Assembly (NCBI GenBank): GCA_964345045.1
Contig: CAYFPM010000002.1
Span: forward strand, 102,286 to 138,329
Source of the DNA: an uncultured Gammaproteobacteria bacterium
GTDB taxonomy: Bacteria; Patescibacteriota; Patescibacteriia; Magasanikbacterales; UBA922
Length of the DNA: 36,044 bases
Reading direction: 5' to 3'
In this document: positions 18,790 to 28,372 of the stretch, in pieces
How the letters are laid out: the number at the start of each line of letters is the position of its first letter
How positions within the stretch are numbered: position 1 is the first letter of the stretch
Notes under the pieces: generated by a model
Told to the model about the DNA's origin: nothing
Seen by the model: the letters and a program-made list of their open reading frames with translations, nothing else
Databases searched by the model: none
Translations under genes and position numbers: made by a program

Positions 18790-18809
18790 CCCACTCAAAA
18801 TTCCAAACA

Positions 18810-18841
18810 AAAAATCCTGTACCAAATTGGTACAGGATTTT
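18810..18841. terminator. Bidirectional terminator
   Basis: aaaaatcctgtacca-aat-tggtacaggatttt. Confidence 0.9.
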
Positions 18842-18902
18842 ATTTTTGAATTGGTACTGAGCGCTGGGTAGCAAAAATCTATTCGTAAGCGCGCAGTAGC
18901 GA

Positions 18903-19427
18903 CTACTGGCTAAGGAGACCAAAATCGACAGCAAGTATCTTGCAGCCGACGTCCCCGCCCAGAACAATCTGGTACAAGACTAGGTGACCATATGTTGGCT
19001 CACCATCTCTCATATCGATGACTCCCAAAATCAGATTGCGAAGGCCTTTCGCGTTAACAACCTTCACCCTGTCTGCTCCCTCTTTGTGTGGAGAGTACCA
19101 AGTGACGTGATGGTTGGCTGCCCCCATGTAGTAACGATCTGCTAGGAAAGTTTGGGTCATTACCCTACCACGACTGGATGGCTGCAACATCGGGAAAAGC
19201 TTAGTAACCTTCGACCAAGTTTCATCGATGTTGTGAGAGATCCAGTCTCTATCCGACTCGGTCAAGCTAGGACACTGATACTCAGGAAGTGCCCCAAGTA
19301 GCTTGTTGAGGGGTGTTGCAGGCTTGGCGGCTCGAACTGGCTTCGGTCGCCGAGTCGTCTCGGAGGATTTGTTTGTATCCTGGCATGAAACCAAGAGAAG
19401 AGGGGCAAGGAACAAGATCCTTTTCAT
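18903..19427 (-). CDS. Putative lipoprotein, GC-rich
   Basis: MKRILFLAPLLLVS|C signal peptide and lipobox; promoter TTGACT-17-TATAAA at 19465-19437. Confidence 0.7.
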   Translation of the reverse strand: MKRILFLAPLLLVSCQDTNKSSETTRRPKPVRAAKPATPLNKLLGALPEYQCPSLTESDRDWISHNIDETWSKVTKLFPMLQPSSRGRVMTQTFLADRYYMGAANHHVTWYSPHKEGADRVKVVNAKGLRNLILGVIDMRDGEPTYGHLVLYQIVLGGDVGCKILAVDFGLLSQ

Positions 19428-19468
19428 CGCCCCCACTTTATACACTAAAAAAATAAAAAAGTCAATAT

Positions 19469-19496
19469 AAAAACGCCCCTTTCGGAGCGTTTTTTT
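19469..19496. terminator. Terminator after rpsA
   Basis: aaaaacgcccc-tttc-ggagcgttttttt. Confidence 0.75.
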
Positions 19497-19513
19497 ATAA
19501 AGTTCAGTTTACT

Positions 19514-19533
19514 ACGCCGTAGCTTTAGCGAAG
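19514..19533. repeat. REP-like element
   Basis: acgccgtagctttagcgaag, same family as 4183-4225. Confidence 0.7.
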
Positions 19534-19539
19534 AAAAGT

Positions 19540-20724
19540 TTATTCCTTTTCTTCTACAGCTTCTTTTTCCTCTTTAACTTCATCAGAAGCAACTTCTTTC
19601 TTAGGAGCAGCTTTTTCTTTGCCTTTTACACCCTCGGCTTTTAGACCAAGTCTGTGTTCGGCTGGTTCAATGTTTACAATTTCGAATTTGTATTTCTTAC
19701 CAATTGAGAATTTGCTGCGAAGTTCTTCTATATCTTTAATAGGAGTGTTGGCCAACTCAGAAATATGAGCCAAACCATGAATATCATTGTCTAGCTTTAC
19801 CATTAGACCAAATGGTTCAATCTTGTGAACTTCACCTTCAATTACTTGACCTACCTTGTAATTATCTTTTACAGATTTCCAAGGATCTTCTACCAATCTT
19901 TTCATAGATAGATAAATCTTGGATTTGTTTAGATCAATAATTTGGGCTTTTACCTTGTCGCCAATTTTAACCACATCTTTTGGATGATCAATTCTTTGCC
20001 AGACAATTTCTGAAATATGTACCAAACCTTCCAAACCTTCGCCAAATTTTACAAAAGCTCCAAAAGAAGTAAGAGCAGATACTTCACCTTCTACAGTGTC
20101 GCCAATCTTGTAAGAATCAAGTACGGCTTTTTGTTCGTCTTCCCAAACAGATTTTTCAGATACGATCAATTTTTCTTCTTTTTGGTCAGCGTCAATTACT
20201 TTTACTTGCAATTCAATACCAACAAGTTTGCGAAGTTGTTCCAAAATTCTATTTTTGTCTCCACCTGGAACACGTGGATAATGTTCTGGATTCAATTGAG
20301 AAACTGGCATAAAACCAACCAAAGCATCTACAGACATCATCAAACCACCTTTGTTGGCGTCTAGAACTTTGGCTTTTATAGTTAGACCATCTTTGACCAA
20401 ACCAGCCATTTTATCCCAGACTTTTTGGTGACCAGCACTACGGAAAGACAGTTCCATCTCTCCACTTTCATTTTCTTGTTCAATTACAGTAGCTTCTACT
20501 TCGTCGCCAACTTTTAGATTGGCAAATTCTTCGGATTCGCTAAATAATTCTTGACCGCGAACCACACCGGTAGTTACACCACCAATATCTAGTCGCACAG
20601 CTCCATTATCTACAGAGATAACTTTACCGGCTACCAAATCTCCTACTTTTGGAACTTTGGCAAAAAAATCCTTGAGCAAGGCGCCAAATTCACTTTCGTT
20701 TTCTTTGATTTTTGCTTGAGACAT
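19540..20724 (-). CDS. rpsA: 30S ribosomal protein S1 (four S1 domains)
   Basis: Repeated S1 motifs: ANKGGL, FGAFV..GLVHISE, FGLMV..GLAHISE. Confidence 0.95.
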   Translation of the reverse strand: MSQAKIKENESEFGALLKDFFAKVPKVGDLVAGKVISVDNGAVRLDIGGVTTGVVRGQELFSESEEFANLKVGDEVEATVIEQENESGEMELSFRSAGHQKVWDKMAGLVKDGLTIKAKVLDANKGGLMMSVDALVGFMPVSQLNPEHYPRVPGGDKNRILEQLRKLVGIELQVKVIDADQKEEKLIVSEKSVWEDEQKAVLDSYKIGDTVEGEVSALTSFGAFVKFGEGLEGLVHISEIVWQRIDHPKDVVKIGDKVKAQIIDLNKSKIYLSMKRLVEDPWKSVKDNYKVGQVIEGEVHKIEPFGLMVKLDNDIHGLAHISELANTPIKDIEELRSKFSIGKKYKFEIVNIEPAEHRLGLKAEGVKGKEKAAPKKEVASDEVKEEKEAVEEKE

Positions 20725-20905
20725 ATTAAAAATAAATAATTAACCAGGGCTGTCTAACCCGGATCCGGCTAGAGCCGGTAATTAAGATTCGCATAGCTTA
20801 ACATATATATAGTATTTTGGCAAGGGGTAGAGGCTACAAAATCCCTTGCTTTAACCCCATAGAAGAGCTATAATATGGCAGAACTAAATCATAAATCTTT
20901 GAATT

Positions 20906-21520
20906 ATGCATATATCCTGGCTTGGTTCGACTGCCTTCAAAATCCAAGCAAAACCTCTAGACAAGGACGTAATCATTGCTGTAGACCCCTACAAGCCCAA
21001 AGCTGGTAGTTTTCCAAGAAGTCTAACCCCGGACATTGGTCTATACACTCATGGTGAAAAAGACTCTGTTACTCTATCTGGCAAACCTTTTGTTTTTTCT
21101 ACTCCGGGAGAATGTGAAACTGGCGGAGTTTTGATAACTTCTGTCCAAGGTCACGAAGCTGGTAAAACTATGGTTCGCATAGATGCCGAAAACATGAGTC
21201 TGGGACACCTAGGTAGCACCAACAAAGCTCTAACAGATGCTCAGCTAGAAGTTCTGTCCGGTGTAGACATACTATGTGTACCTATTGGTGGCGGAGATCT
21301 CTACGATGCCGAAGCTGCTGTAAAAGCGGTAAATGCCGTAGAACCAAGAATTGTGGTGCCAATGGCTTTTGCCTCTGACAATGACCCCAAAGCAGATAGT
21401 GTAGAAAAATTTCTAAAAGAAATGGGTAGTGGGAATCTAGAACCTGAAAAAAAATTCATTGTAAAGAAAAAAGATTTGCCACAAGAAGAAACCAAAATTG
21501 TAGTGTTGAGCAAAGAGTAA
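20906..21520 (+). CDS. Metallo-beta-lactamase-fold hydrolase (Lactamase_B_3-like), metal motif degenerate
   Basis: ISWLG, VDPY, PGECE, GHLG, VDILCVPIGG, EPRIVVPM. Confidence 0.85.
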   Translation: MHISWLGSTAFKIQAKPLDKDVIIAVDPYKPKAGSFPRSLTPDIGLYTHGEKDSVTLSGKPFVFSTPGECETGGVLITSVQGHEAGKTMVRIDAENMSLGHLGSTNKALTDAQLEVLSGVDILCVPIGGGDLYDAEAAVKAVNAVEPRIVVPMAFASDNDPKADSVEKFLKEMGSGNLEPEKKFIVKKKDLPQEETKIVVLSKE

Positions 21521-21530
21521 TAAAAACCAC

Positions 21531-21605
21531 TGACATCTAACATTTGACCCCTGACAATTAATACAAAAAAGTTAAAGGTCAAATGTCAAAAGTTAAATGT
21601 TAAAT
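21531..21605. repeat. Inverted pair of 7-nt tandem arrays
   Basis: tgacatc taacatt tgacccc tgacaat ... gttaaag gtcaaat gtcaaaa gttaaat gttaaat. Confidence 0.85.
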
Positions 21606-21606
21606 T

Positions 21607-22230
21607 ATGCCTGTCAAAAAAGACAATTCAAAAAAGAAAAAAGACAGTCAAAAAAAACCAAACAAAAGAAAAAAAAGTTCCAAAAAAACTACTGGCAAAA
21701 AAAAATCTGAAGTCAAAAAAAACATTGCCAAAGCAATTGATCAAATTCCAAGCGCTTTTGCCGAAGAAATAAGTGCCAACAAAGACAAAGCCTTGAAAGA
21801 ATTGCGTCCAAAAGAAACAACAAAACTGGAGATGCCAAAAGTTTACGAAAGTAACACAGAGATAAACGAAAGAAGTAGAAAAAGGTTAATGTGGTTTGGA
21901 GTTATTAGTTTAACCTTAGTAGTATTTGTAATGTGGTTTTGGAACGCAAAAACAATTTTTTATGACATTAGAAATAGCAAAGCTGGCGATGAAAAACAGA
22001 TCTGGGAAAACACCAAAAGCGATTTCAAAACTATTATAAACGACTTTGGAACTGGTGAAGATAGTTTGACAGAAGAATTAGAATCAACCGCTCCCCCAGA
22101 AGAAGTAACAGATGCTTTGAAAGACACTTTGAAAATATTACTTACCAATACCACCAGTACAACCAAAGAAAAAACAAGCGTCACAAGCACACAAGAAATA
22201 GTAACTACCAGTACAAAAAATATAGAATAA
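21607..22230 (+). CDS. Hypothetical bitopic membrane protein
   Basis: Lys-rich N-terminus, one TM helix, Thr-rich C-terminus. Confidence 0.8.
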   Translation: MPVKKDNSKKKKDSQKKPNKRKKSSKKTTGKKKSEVKKNIAKAIDQIPSAFAEEISANKDKALKELRPKETTKLEMPKVYESNTEINERSRKRLMWFGVISLTLVVFVMWFWNAKTIFYDIRNSKAGDEKQIWENTKSDFKTIINDFGTGEDSLTEELESTAPPEEVTDALKDTLKILLTNTTSTTKEKTSVTSTQEIVTTSTKNIE

Positions 22231-22269
22231 ATTTTAAAAATTAGAAATCTAAAATTAGAATTAGTTGTT

Positions 22270-24768
22270 ATGCCAAGTAAAAAAGAAAAAAAACAGGTAC
22301 AGGGAAAACTGCCAGAAGAACCAAAAAAGGTTGGTCAAGTAGAACCAATTCAATTGGTAGACGAGATGAAAACTTCTTACCTAGATTACGCCATGAGTGT
22401 AATTGTAGCTCGTGCCCTACCAGATGTACGCGATGGTTTGAAACCAGTACACAGACGTATTTTGTACGCTATGTGGCTACTCGGTCTTCGTCACAATGCC
22501 AAATTTCTCAAATCTGCTCGTGTAGTTGGTGATGTAATGGGTAAATACCATCCGCATGGTGATTCGGCTATTTACGATTCTTTGGTACGTATGGCTCAGG
22601 ACTTTTCTATGCGTCATCAATTGGTCAACGGCCAAGGTAACTTTGGTTCTATGGACGGGGATTCTGCCGCTGCCATGCGTTATACAGAATCAAAACTAAC
22701 CCAAATTGCAGAAGAGCTTTTGTACGATATTGAAAAAAATACTGTTAATTTTGGACCAAACTACGATGGCTCCCAAAAAGAACCCCACGTACTACCAAGC
22801 AAAGTTCCTAACCTACTGCTAAACGGTAGTATGGGTATCGCAGTTGGGATGGCTACCAATATTCCACCTCACAATTTGGGCGAACTCTGCGAAGCGGTTG
22901 GTACCATGATTGCCAATCCAAAAATTACAGTAGATGAATTGGCCGAAATTATAAAAGGACCAGACTTCCCTACCGGTGGAATTATTTACAATAAAAAAGA
23001 TATTGCCGCTGCCTATGCTACTGGTCGTGGTGGAATTGTACTAAGAGCTCAAACAGATATCCAAGAAAAAAAGGCTGGCATGTTCCAAATAGTTGTTACC
23101 GAAATTCCATACCAAGTAAACAAAGCTAGTTTGATCGAAAAAATTGCCAACTTGGTACAAGAAAAGAAAATAGATGGGATAAAAGATCTGCGTGATGAAT
23201 CCAACAAAGATGGTGTCCGAGTAGTAATTGAATTAAAAAAAGACGCTTATCCAAAAAAAGTTCTAAACAGACTTTACAAATTAACCGATTTGCAAACCAC
23301 CTTTCACTTAAACATGATTGCTTTGGTAGAAGGTGGAATCCAACCAAGAGTTTTGAATCTAAAAACTATTTTAGAAGAATTTATTCTTCACAGAGAAGAA
23401 GTTATCCGTCGTCGTACTGAGTTTGATTTGGAAAAAGCCAAAGAAAGAGCTCATATATTGGAAGGTTTGAAAAAAGCTCTCGACAAAATAGATGCTGTAA
23501 TCAACACTATCCGAAAGAGTAAAGACAAAGAAGAAGCAAAAGCTAACTTAATGAAAAAATTCAAATTTACCGAAAGACAAACAGTAGCTATCCTCGAAAT
23601 GCGTTTGCAACAATTGGCCAATTTGGAACGCAAAAAAATAGAAGACGAATTAAAAGAGAAATTAAAATTGATCAAAGAATTGGAAGCCCTTTTGGCAAGC
23701 AAGAAAAAAATTCTTGGTGTAGTAAAAAAAGAAGTAATGGAAATAAAAGAAAAATACGGCGAAGAAAGACGTACCAAAATTATTGCTCACGGGGTCAAAG
23801 AGTTTTCTATGGAAGATTTGGTTCCAAACGAACCAACTATTATCATGGCTACTCGCGATGGCTACATCAAACGTATGCCAACCGACACCTTTAAAACTCA
23901 AAACCGTGGGGGCAAGGGTGTGGTAGGCCTTACCACCAAAGAAGAAGACGTTGTAGAACATCTAATTACTACCAACACCCACGACAACATGCTCTTCTTT
24001 ACTACTCGTGGACGGGTATTCCAACTGCGAGCTTACGATATTCCACAAGCTAGCCGGACTGCCAAAGGCCAAGCTCTAGTAAATTTCTTACAACTAGCTC
24101 CAAACGAAAAAGTTTCCTCCATTTTATCTATGGACGACGTGAGCAAATACAAATTCTTGGTTATGGTTACCAACAAAGGAACTATTAAAAAAACCAAGCT
24201 AGAAGACTTTGGCAATGTGCGCCGATCAGGCCTAATCGCTCTTAAACTAAAACAAGATGACATGCTAGAATGGGTGCGCCCAAGCACTGGCAAAGACGAA
24301 ATTATGCTTACTACTGCGCTTGGCCAGGCGATTAGATTTAAAGAAGCTGGGATAAGAGCCATGGGTCGCACGGCTGCTGGGGTACGTGGTATGAAGCTAA
24401 AGAGTAATGACGAAATTGTTGGTATGGGAATTGTTGATCCAGCTCTTGCCAAGAAAAAAGTACTAGAACTTTTGGTGGTTTCGGAAAACGGTTTGGGCAA
24501 AAGAACCAAAATAGCCGAGTACAAAGTTCAAGGTCGTGGTGGTAGTGGTATCAAGACTATGTCTGTCACCGACAAAACTGGCAAAATTATTTCTGCCAGA
24601 GTCATAAACAACTCCGAAGAAATGGATATTATGCTTATCTCTGTAAAAGGACAAGTGGTAAGAACTGGTTTAAAGAGTGTTTCTACTTTGGGTAGAGCTA
24701 CTCAGGGGGTTAGAATTATGCGGTTTAAACAAGAGGGAGACAAAGTGGCCAGTATTACTCTCTTGTAA
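22270..24768 (+). CDS. gyrA: DNA gyrase subunit A
   Basis: [33 protein letters not shown], GyrA-box QNRGGKG. Confidence 0.99.
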   Translation: MPSKKEKKQVQGKLPEEPKKVGQVEPIQLVDEMKTSYLDYAMSVIVARALPDVRDGLKPVHRRILYAMWLLGLRHNAKFLKSARVVGDVMGKYHPHGDSAIYDSLVRMAQDFSMRHQLVNGQGNFGSMDGDSAAAMRYTESKLTQIAEELLYDIEKNTVNFGPNYDGSQKEPHVLPSKVPNLLLNGSMGIAVGMATNIPPHNLGELCEAVGTMIANPKITVDELAEIIKGPDFPTGGIIYNKKDIAAAYATGRGGIVLRAQTDIQEKKAGMFQIVVTEIPYQVNKASLIEKIANLVQEKKIDGIKDLRDESNKDGVRVVIELKKDAYPKKVLNRLYKLTDLQTTFHLNMIALVEGGIQPRVLNLKTILEEFILHREEVIRRRTEFDLEKAKERAHILEGLKKALDKIDAVINTIRKSKDKEEAKANLMKKFKFTERQTVAILEMRLQQLANLERKKIEDELKEKLKLIKELEALLASKKKILGVVKKEVMEIKEKYGEERRTKIIAHGVKEFSMEDLVPNEPTIIMATRDGYIKRMPTDTFKTQNRGGKGVVGLTTKEEDVVEHLITTNTHDNMLFFTTRGRVFQLRAYDIPQASRTAKGQALVNFLQLAPNEKVSSILSMDDVSKYKFLVMVTNKGTIKKTKLEDFGNVRRSGLIALKLKQDDMLEWVRPSTGKDEIMLTTALGQAIRFKEAGIRAMGRTAAGVRGMKLKSNDEIVGMGIVDPALAKKKVLELLVVSENGLGKRTKIAEYKVQGRGGSGIKTMSVTDKTGKIISARVINNSEEMDIMLISVKGQVVRTGLKSVSTLGRATQGVRIMRFKQEGDKVASITLL

Positions 24769-24785
24769 AAAAATTTAACTTACCC

Positions 24786-24845
24786 AAAAACAGCCTAATA
24801 CCTAGGCTGTTTTTTGTTGACACAACTACAAAAAAGTCTTAATCT
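24786..24845 (+). promoter_or_regulatory. gyrA terminator immediately followed by a sigma70 promoter
   Basis: aaaaacagccta..taggctgtttttt, then TTGACA-17-TAATCT with ATG 7 nt later. Confidence 0.75.
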
Positions 24846-24852
24846 CTAAATT

Positions 24853-25467
24853 ATGGAAACCACAGCAGACGCATTGGGAAACTTGAAGGAAAGCAAGGGG
24901 CATTTCAATGACCTTGCCTACAGAATCATTCTGTTTACCCTACAGATAAGTGAAAACCTGATTCTCTGGCAAGCTGTGAGCGTTTGGCTTTACCATAACG
25001 AAGGGACGCCCTTCGAACTACGCCACTTGCTAAGCCTAAGCCCACAGGTTTTGAAGGGATGTGGATTGACCGTAAACCGATCAATGCAGCCCGGAGGCAA
25101 AGAGAGGACAGACGTCCATATATCTCACTTCCGGCAAAGAAATACCCAAGGAAATTTCAAATGCCTCATGCCAAGTTACGAATTTCCCCCATACCAAATC
25201 GGTGATACAGTCGCGCTGTTCATCCAAGTAGAAGGTTCTGCTTCCAAAGCCAAAGTTCGCTTGGAGAGGCGTACCGGCTCACCAGGCCTACAAACTACTC
25301 CACAGGAGTGGATAGAATTGCATCGCAGTTCTCCCACTGAGGAATGGGAAGGAAGAAGATATGTTGGCGCCCATCGCCACGTCTGGGGAGAAGGCAATGG
25401 CACCCGTAGAACCGAACTCTCGGATCTGCTCGAGGAAGTCAAAGATATCTTCCTCTGTGAAACTTGA
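24853..25467 (+). CDS. Hypothetical protein, elevated GC; probably leaderless
   Basis: 204-aa ORF bounded by a promoter and a terminator. Confidence 0.7.
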   Translation: METTADALGNLKESKGHFNDLAYRIILFTLQISENLILWQAVSVWLYHNEGTPFELRHLLSLSPQVLKGCGLTVNRSMQPGGKERTDVHISHFRQRNTQGNFKCLMPSYEFPPYQIGDTVALFIQVEGSASKAKVRLERRTGSPGLQTTPQEWIELHRSSPTEEWEGRRYVGAHRHVWGEGNGTRRTELSDLLEEVKDIFLCET

Positions 25468-25520
25468 CCAAGGAGATCGCTCGATCAACTGCAAGATTCT
25501 GGAAGAAGAATCGAGCTCAA

Positions 25521-25552
25521 TCAAAAAAGAACCACTAGTGGTTCTTTTTTGA
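25521..25552. terminator. Bidirectional terminator
   Basis: tcaaaaaagaaccac-ta-gtggttcttttttga. Confidence 0.85.
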
Positions 25553-25562
25553 TAAAACAAAT

Positions 25563-26135
25563 TTATTTTATTTGTTGCAAAGCTATTTTCAAAACCTCTT
25601 CTGTAGTTTTTTCCACGGCATCTATCTGCTCTACCACTTCGCGAGCTTGGCTAGCACTGTAGCCCATAGCTACTAGCCCATCAATTACTTCAGACAAAAT
25701 CTGACTATCGCCAGTATTTTGTACATCTGACATTTGACCACTGACCTTTGACTTTAGTTCCACACAAAGCCTCTCTGCTGTCTTTTTGCCCATGCCCTGC
25801 ACCGCAGTTAGGTACTTGGCGTCTCCTCTGGCAATGGCTGCTTGGATGTCGGCAATAGAACCTAGTTTCAAAATATTCATGGCACTCTTTGGCCCCACTC
25901 CAGACACCCCTAGGAGAAGCTCAAAAAAAACTTTTTCTTCCACTGTTTCAAAACCATACAGACTCATGCCACTGTCACTAACCTTAAGATAAGTAAAAAG
26001 AGTAACTTCTTCACCAATTTTAAATCCAAAATCAGAAATCTTAAATCCAACTTCATACCCCACTCCTCCGGCAGTCATAACCACCAAACTATCTTTGCCA
26101 ACAGATTCAATTGTTCCTTTTATTAAGCTGATCAT
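25563..26135 (-). CDS. ruvA: Holliday junction branch migration protein RuvA
   Basis: GGVGYEV, LYGF, VSGVGPKSA, GMGKKTAERL, LVAMGY. Confidence 0.97.
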   Translation of the reverse strand: MISLIKGTIESVGKDSLVVMTAGGVGYEVGFKISDFGFKIGEEVTLFTYLKVSDSGMSLYGFETVEEKVFFELLLGVSGVGPKSAMNILKLGSIADIQAAIARGDAKYLTAVQGMGKKTAERLCVELKSKVSGQMSDVQNTGDSQILSEVIDGLVAMGYSASQAREVVEQIDAVEKTTEEVLKIALQQIK

Positions 26136-26140
26136 AGTAA

Positions 26141-26560
26141 CTAATCAAGTTCTCCCCCTGCCAAGGGGGAGTCAGAGGGGGTTAAACTAGAAAAATATAA
26201 CTCTCTTTCTTCACACTCATATTTTATAACAGCCAAAGCACTCTCTATTTCAAATAATACTTGCTCATTCCTAAACCTTAAGACTTTTATAAAAAAACTT
26301 TCCAAATATTCTTGTCTTATTCTATCATACTCTCTTTGAATTTTATTATCATGAATATTACCATCAACTTCAATTGCTAACAAAAGTTCTGAACAATAAA
26401 AATCTATTATATATCTATCAAATCCATGCTGGCGTCTAAATTTATACCCAAGTTGTTTTCTTCTTAGTTTTGACCAGAGTTTTTGTTCTGCTTTTGTTTG
26501 TCCTTTACGTAATCTTTTTCTAGTAGATTTCCCTTTATACCAATTGTTTATTTCGTACAT
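26141..26560 (-). CDS. DUF559 / Vsr-like endonuclease
   Basis: RKRLRKGQTKAEQKLWSKLR, KFRRQH, YIIDFYC, IEVDGNIH, YDRIRQ, VLRFRN. Confidence 0.93.
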   Translation of the reverse strand: MYEINNWYKGKSTRKRLRKGQTKAEQKLWSKLRRKQLGYKFRRQHGFDRYIIDFYCSELLLAIEVDGNIHDNKIQREYDRIRQEYLESFFIKVLRFRNEQVLFEIESALAVIKYECEERELYFSSLTPSDSPLAGGELD

Positions 26561-26601
26561 AGTAACCCCTCCTGACCTCCCCTTGACAGGGGAGGAACTT
26601 G
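26146..26601. mobile_element. Putative DUF559 element bounded by ~38-bp imperfect inverted repeats, each itself a hairpin
   Basis: caagttctccccctgccaagggggagtcagagggggtt (26146-26183) and aacccctcctgacctccccttgacaggggaggaacttg (26564-26601). Confidence 0.65.
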
Positions 26602-26609
26602 CTATAAAT

Positions 26610-28109
26610 TTATCTTAAATACTCAATCACAGTTTGCACTCCAAACCCATTGGATCCCCCACGCATCCAAGGTTTCCCCTTGCCTTTGTAGTAGCTGCTA
26701 GATAGGTCAAAGTGAGCCCAAGGATACTCGGTTTTGCCGGTCTTAGGATTTTGGGTGAAAAACTGGAGGAAGGCAGCCGCAGTCGAGGCCCCGCCATAGC
26801 GACTGGTACCAAGGTTTTTTATGTCGGCTACATCACTTTTTATGTCTTCGCTAAACTCTTCGCCAAGTGGCAATCTCCAAAGCTGTTCACTAACTTTGTC
26901 TGAGCTTTCGAGCAGGTTATTTACCAATTTTTCGTCTGTACCAAATAAACCAGTTCGGTCCATTCCTACTGCCACCATGCAAGCTCCGGTAAGGGTGGCA
27001 AAATCGATCAATTCTTTTGGTTGGTACTTGGCGGTTGCGTAGCTTAGTCCGTCGGCCAGGATCACTCTGCCTTCGGCATCAGTGTTTACTATCTCTACAG
27101 TTTTGCCATTCATAGCGGTTAGAATATCGTCTGGTCGGTAACTTTCGCCGTCTGGCATGTTTTCACAAGTTGGAATTATACCTACTATGTTTTTCTTTAG
27201 TCCTAGTAAGCTAGCTGCTTTGATAACTCCTAGCACAGTGGCTGCGCCAAGCATGTCGAATTTCATTTCGGTCATGTAGGCATCTGGTTTTATGTGCAAT
27301 CCACCAGAATCAAAAGTAATTCCTTTTCCTACCAACACGGTTGGCTTATTTTCTTTAGAAGCGTTTTTGTATTCAACAACGACAAACTTTGGCTCTTGCG
27401 CCGAACCACTAGACACTCCGAGCAAACATCCCATGCCCATTTTTTTCATCTCTGGTCTAGAGAATACTTTTATTTTTAGTTTACTATTGCCCTTGCACAT
27501 TTCTTCGGCTTTTTTGGCCAGTAGGGTGGGCGTCATAATACTTGGCGGAGTGTTGCCTAGTTTGCGCACCAAGTTGGTACCTTCGGCTATAGCAAAGCCG
27601 TCTTCAATTCCTTTTTGCAATTGTCTTTTTTCACTGCCTTTTGCTTCTGTTATTAAATTTACTTTTTCTAATTCTACTACCTTTTCGTCTTTGCCTTTGT
27701 GATCATCAAAAGCATACATGGCCAGCTCGGCTGCTACAGTGGTTTCTTGACCAGCTACTTTGGCTCCAAGTTTTTTAATTACTTCTTCGTTTACTACCAA
27801 AGACAAGTTTTTTACTTTTTTGCCTTGGGCAAGAATAACTACACTGCCAACTGATTTTTTCCAATTTTTCAAATCAAAACTTTTTTTCTCGCCTAGCCCT
27901 ACCAAAAGTAACCTTGGGTATTTTTCTCCACCATAAAGAAGTAGTTTTTGTCCCTTCTTCCCTCCAAAGTCTTTTTGCATGGCTTTTGAGAGATGAGCCG
28001 ACAAATCGGCATCGTAACTTTTGGCTGTTTTTTCTAGCTCTCCTTCAAAAACTGGCAAGGCCAAAATGTCTGACTTAACTCCTTTTTCTTCTATACTATA
28101 TTTGGTCAT
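26610..28109 (-). CDS. pepA: Leucyl aminopeptidase (M17)
   Basis: VGKGITFDSGG, MKFDM, NTDAEGR, ATLTGA. Confidence 0.97.
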   Translation of the reverse strand: MTKYSIEEKGVKSDILALPVFEGELEKTAKSYDADLSAHLSKAMQKDFGGKKGQKLLLYGGEKYPRLLLVGLGEKKSFDLKNWKKSVGSVVILAQGKKVKNLSLVVNEEVIKKLGAKVAGQETTVAAELAMYAFDDHKGKDEKVVELEKVNLITEAKGSEKRQLQKGIEDGFAIAEGTNLVRKLGNTPPSIMTPTLLAKKAEEMCKGNSKLKIKVFSRPEMKKMGMGCLLGVSSGSAQEPKFVVVEYKNASKENKPTVLVGKGITFDSGGLHIKPDAYMTEMKFDMLGAATVLGVIKAASLLGLKKNIVGIIPTCENMPDGESYRPDDILTAMNGKTVEIVNTDAEGRVILADGLSYATAKYQPKELIDFATLTGACMVAVGMDRTGLFGTDEKLVNNLLESSDKVSEQLWRLPLGEEFSEDIKSDVADIKNLGTSRYGGASTAAAFLQFFTQNPKTGKTEYPWAHFDLSSSYYKGKGKPWMRGGSNGFGVQTVIEYLR

Positions 28110-28372
28110 ACAAAAAATAAAATAATATAAATTTATTTTCTTACTCTACTGAATTAGATTTTTGGTGTCAACTAAAAGTTACTATTTTTTACTTTTGTCC
28201 TCCAAGTAATTTTAATTACAAAATCAACATACAGGTATTCCTAGTGGAGAAAATAAAAATTCCTTGATAAACAAACTTTATTTACCAAGGAATTTTGAAC
28301 TCACTGCCTCCAGGGTGAGTTCGTAGACTTATTTCTCCTAGTTGTGCTTACATTCGGCTGCGTGCCTGCTAG

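Noticed and set aside
17566..19465. Integron cassette array
   Set aside because: GCCTAAC at one stop resembles an attC R'' box, but there is no matching GTTRRRY, no intI, mixed orientation, and each gene has its own promoter
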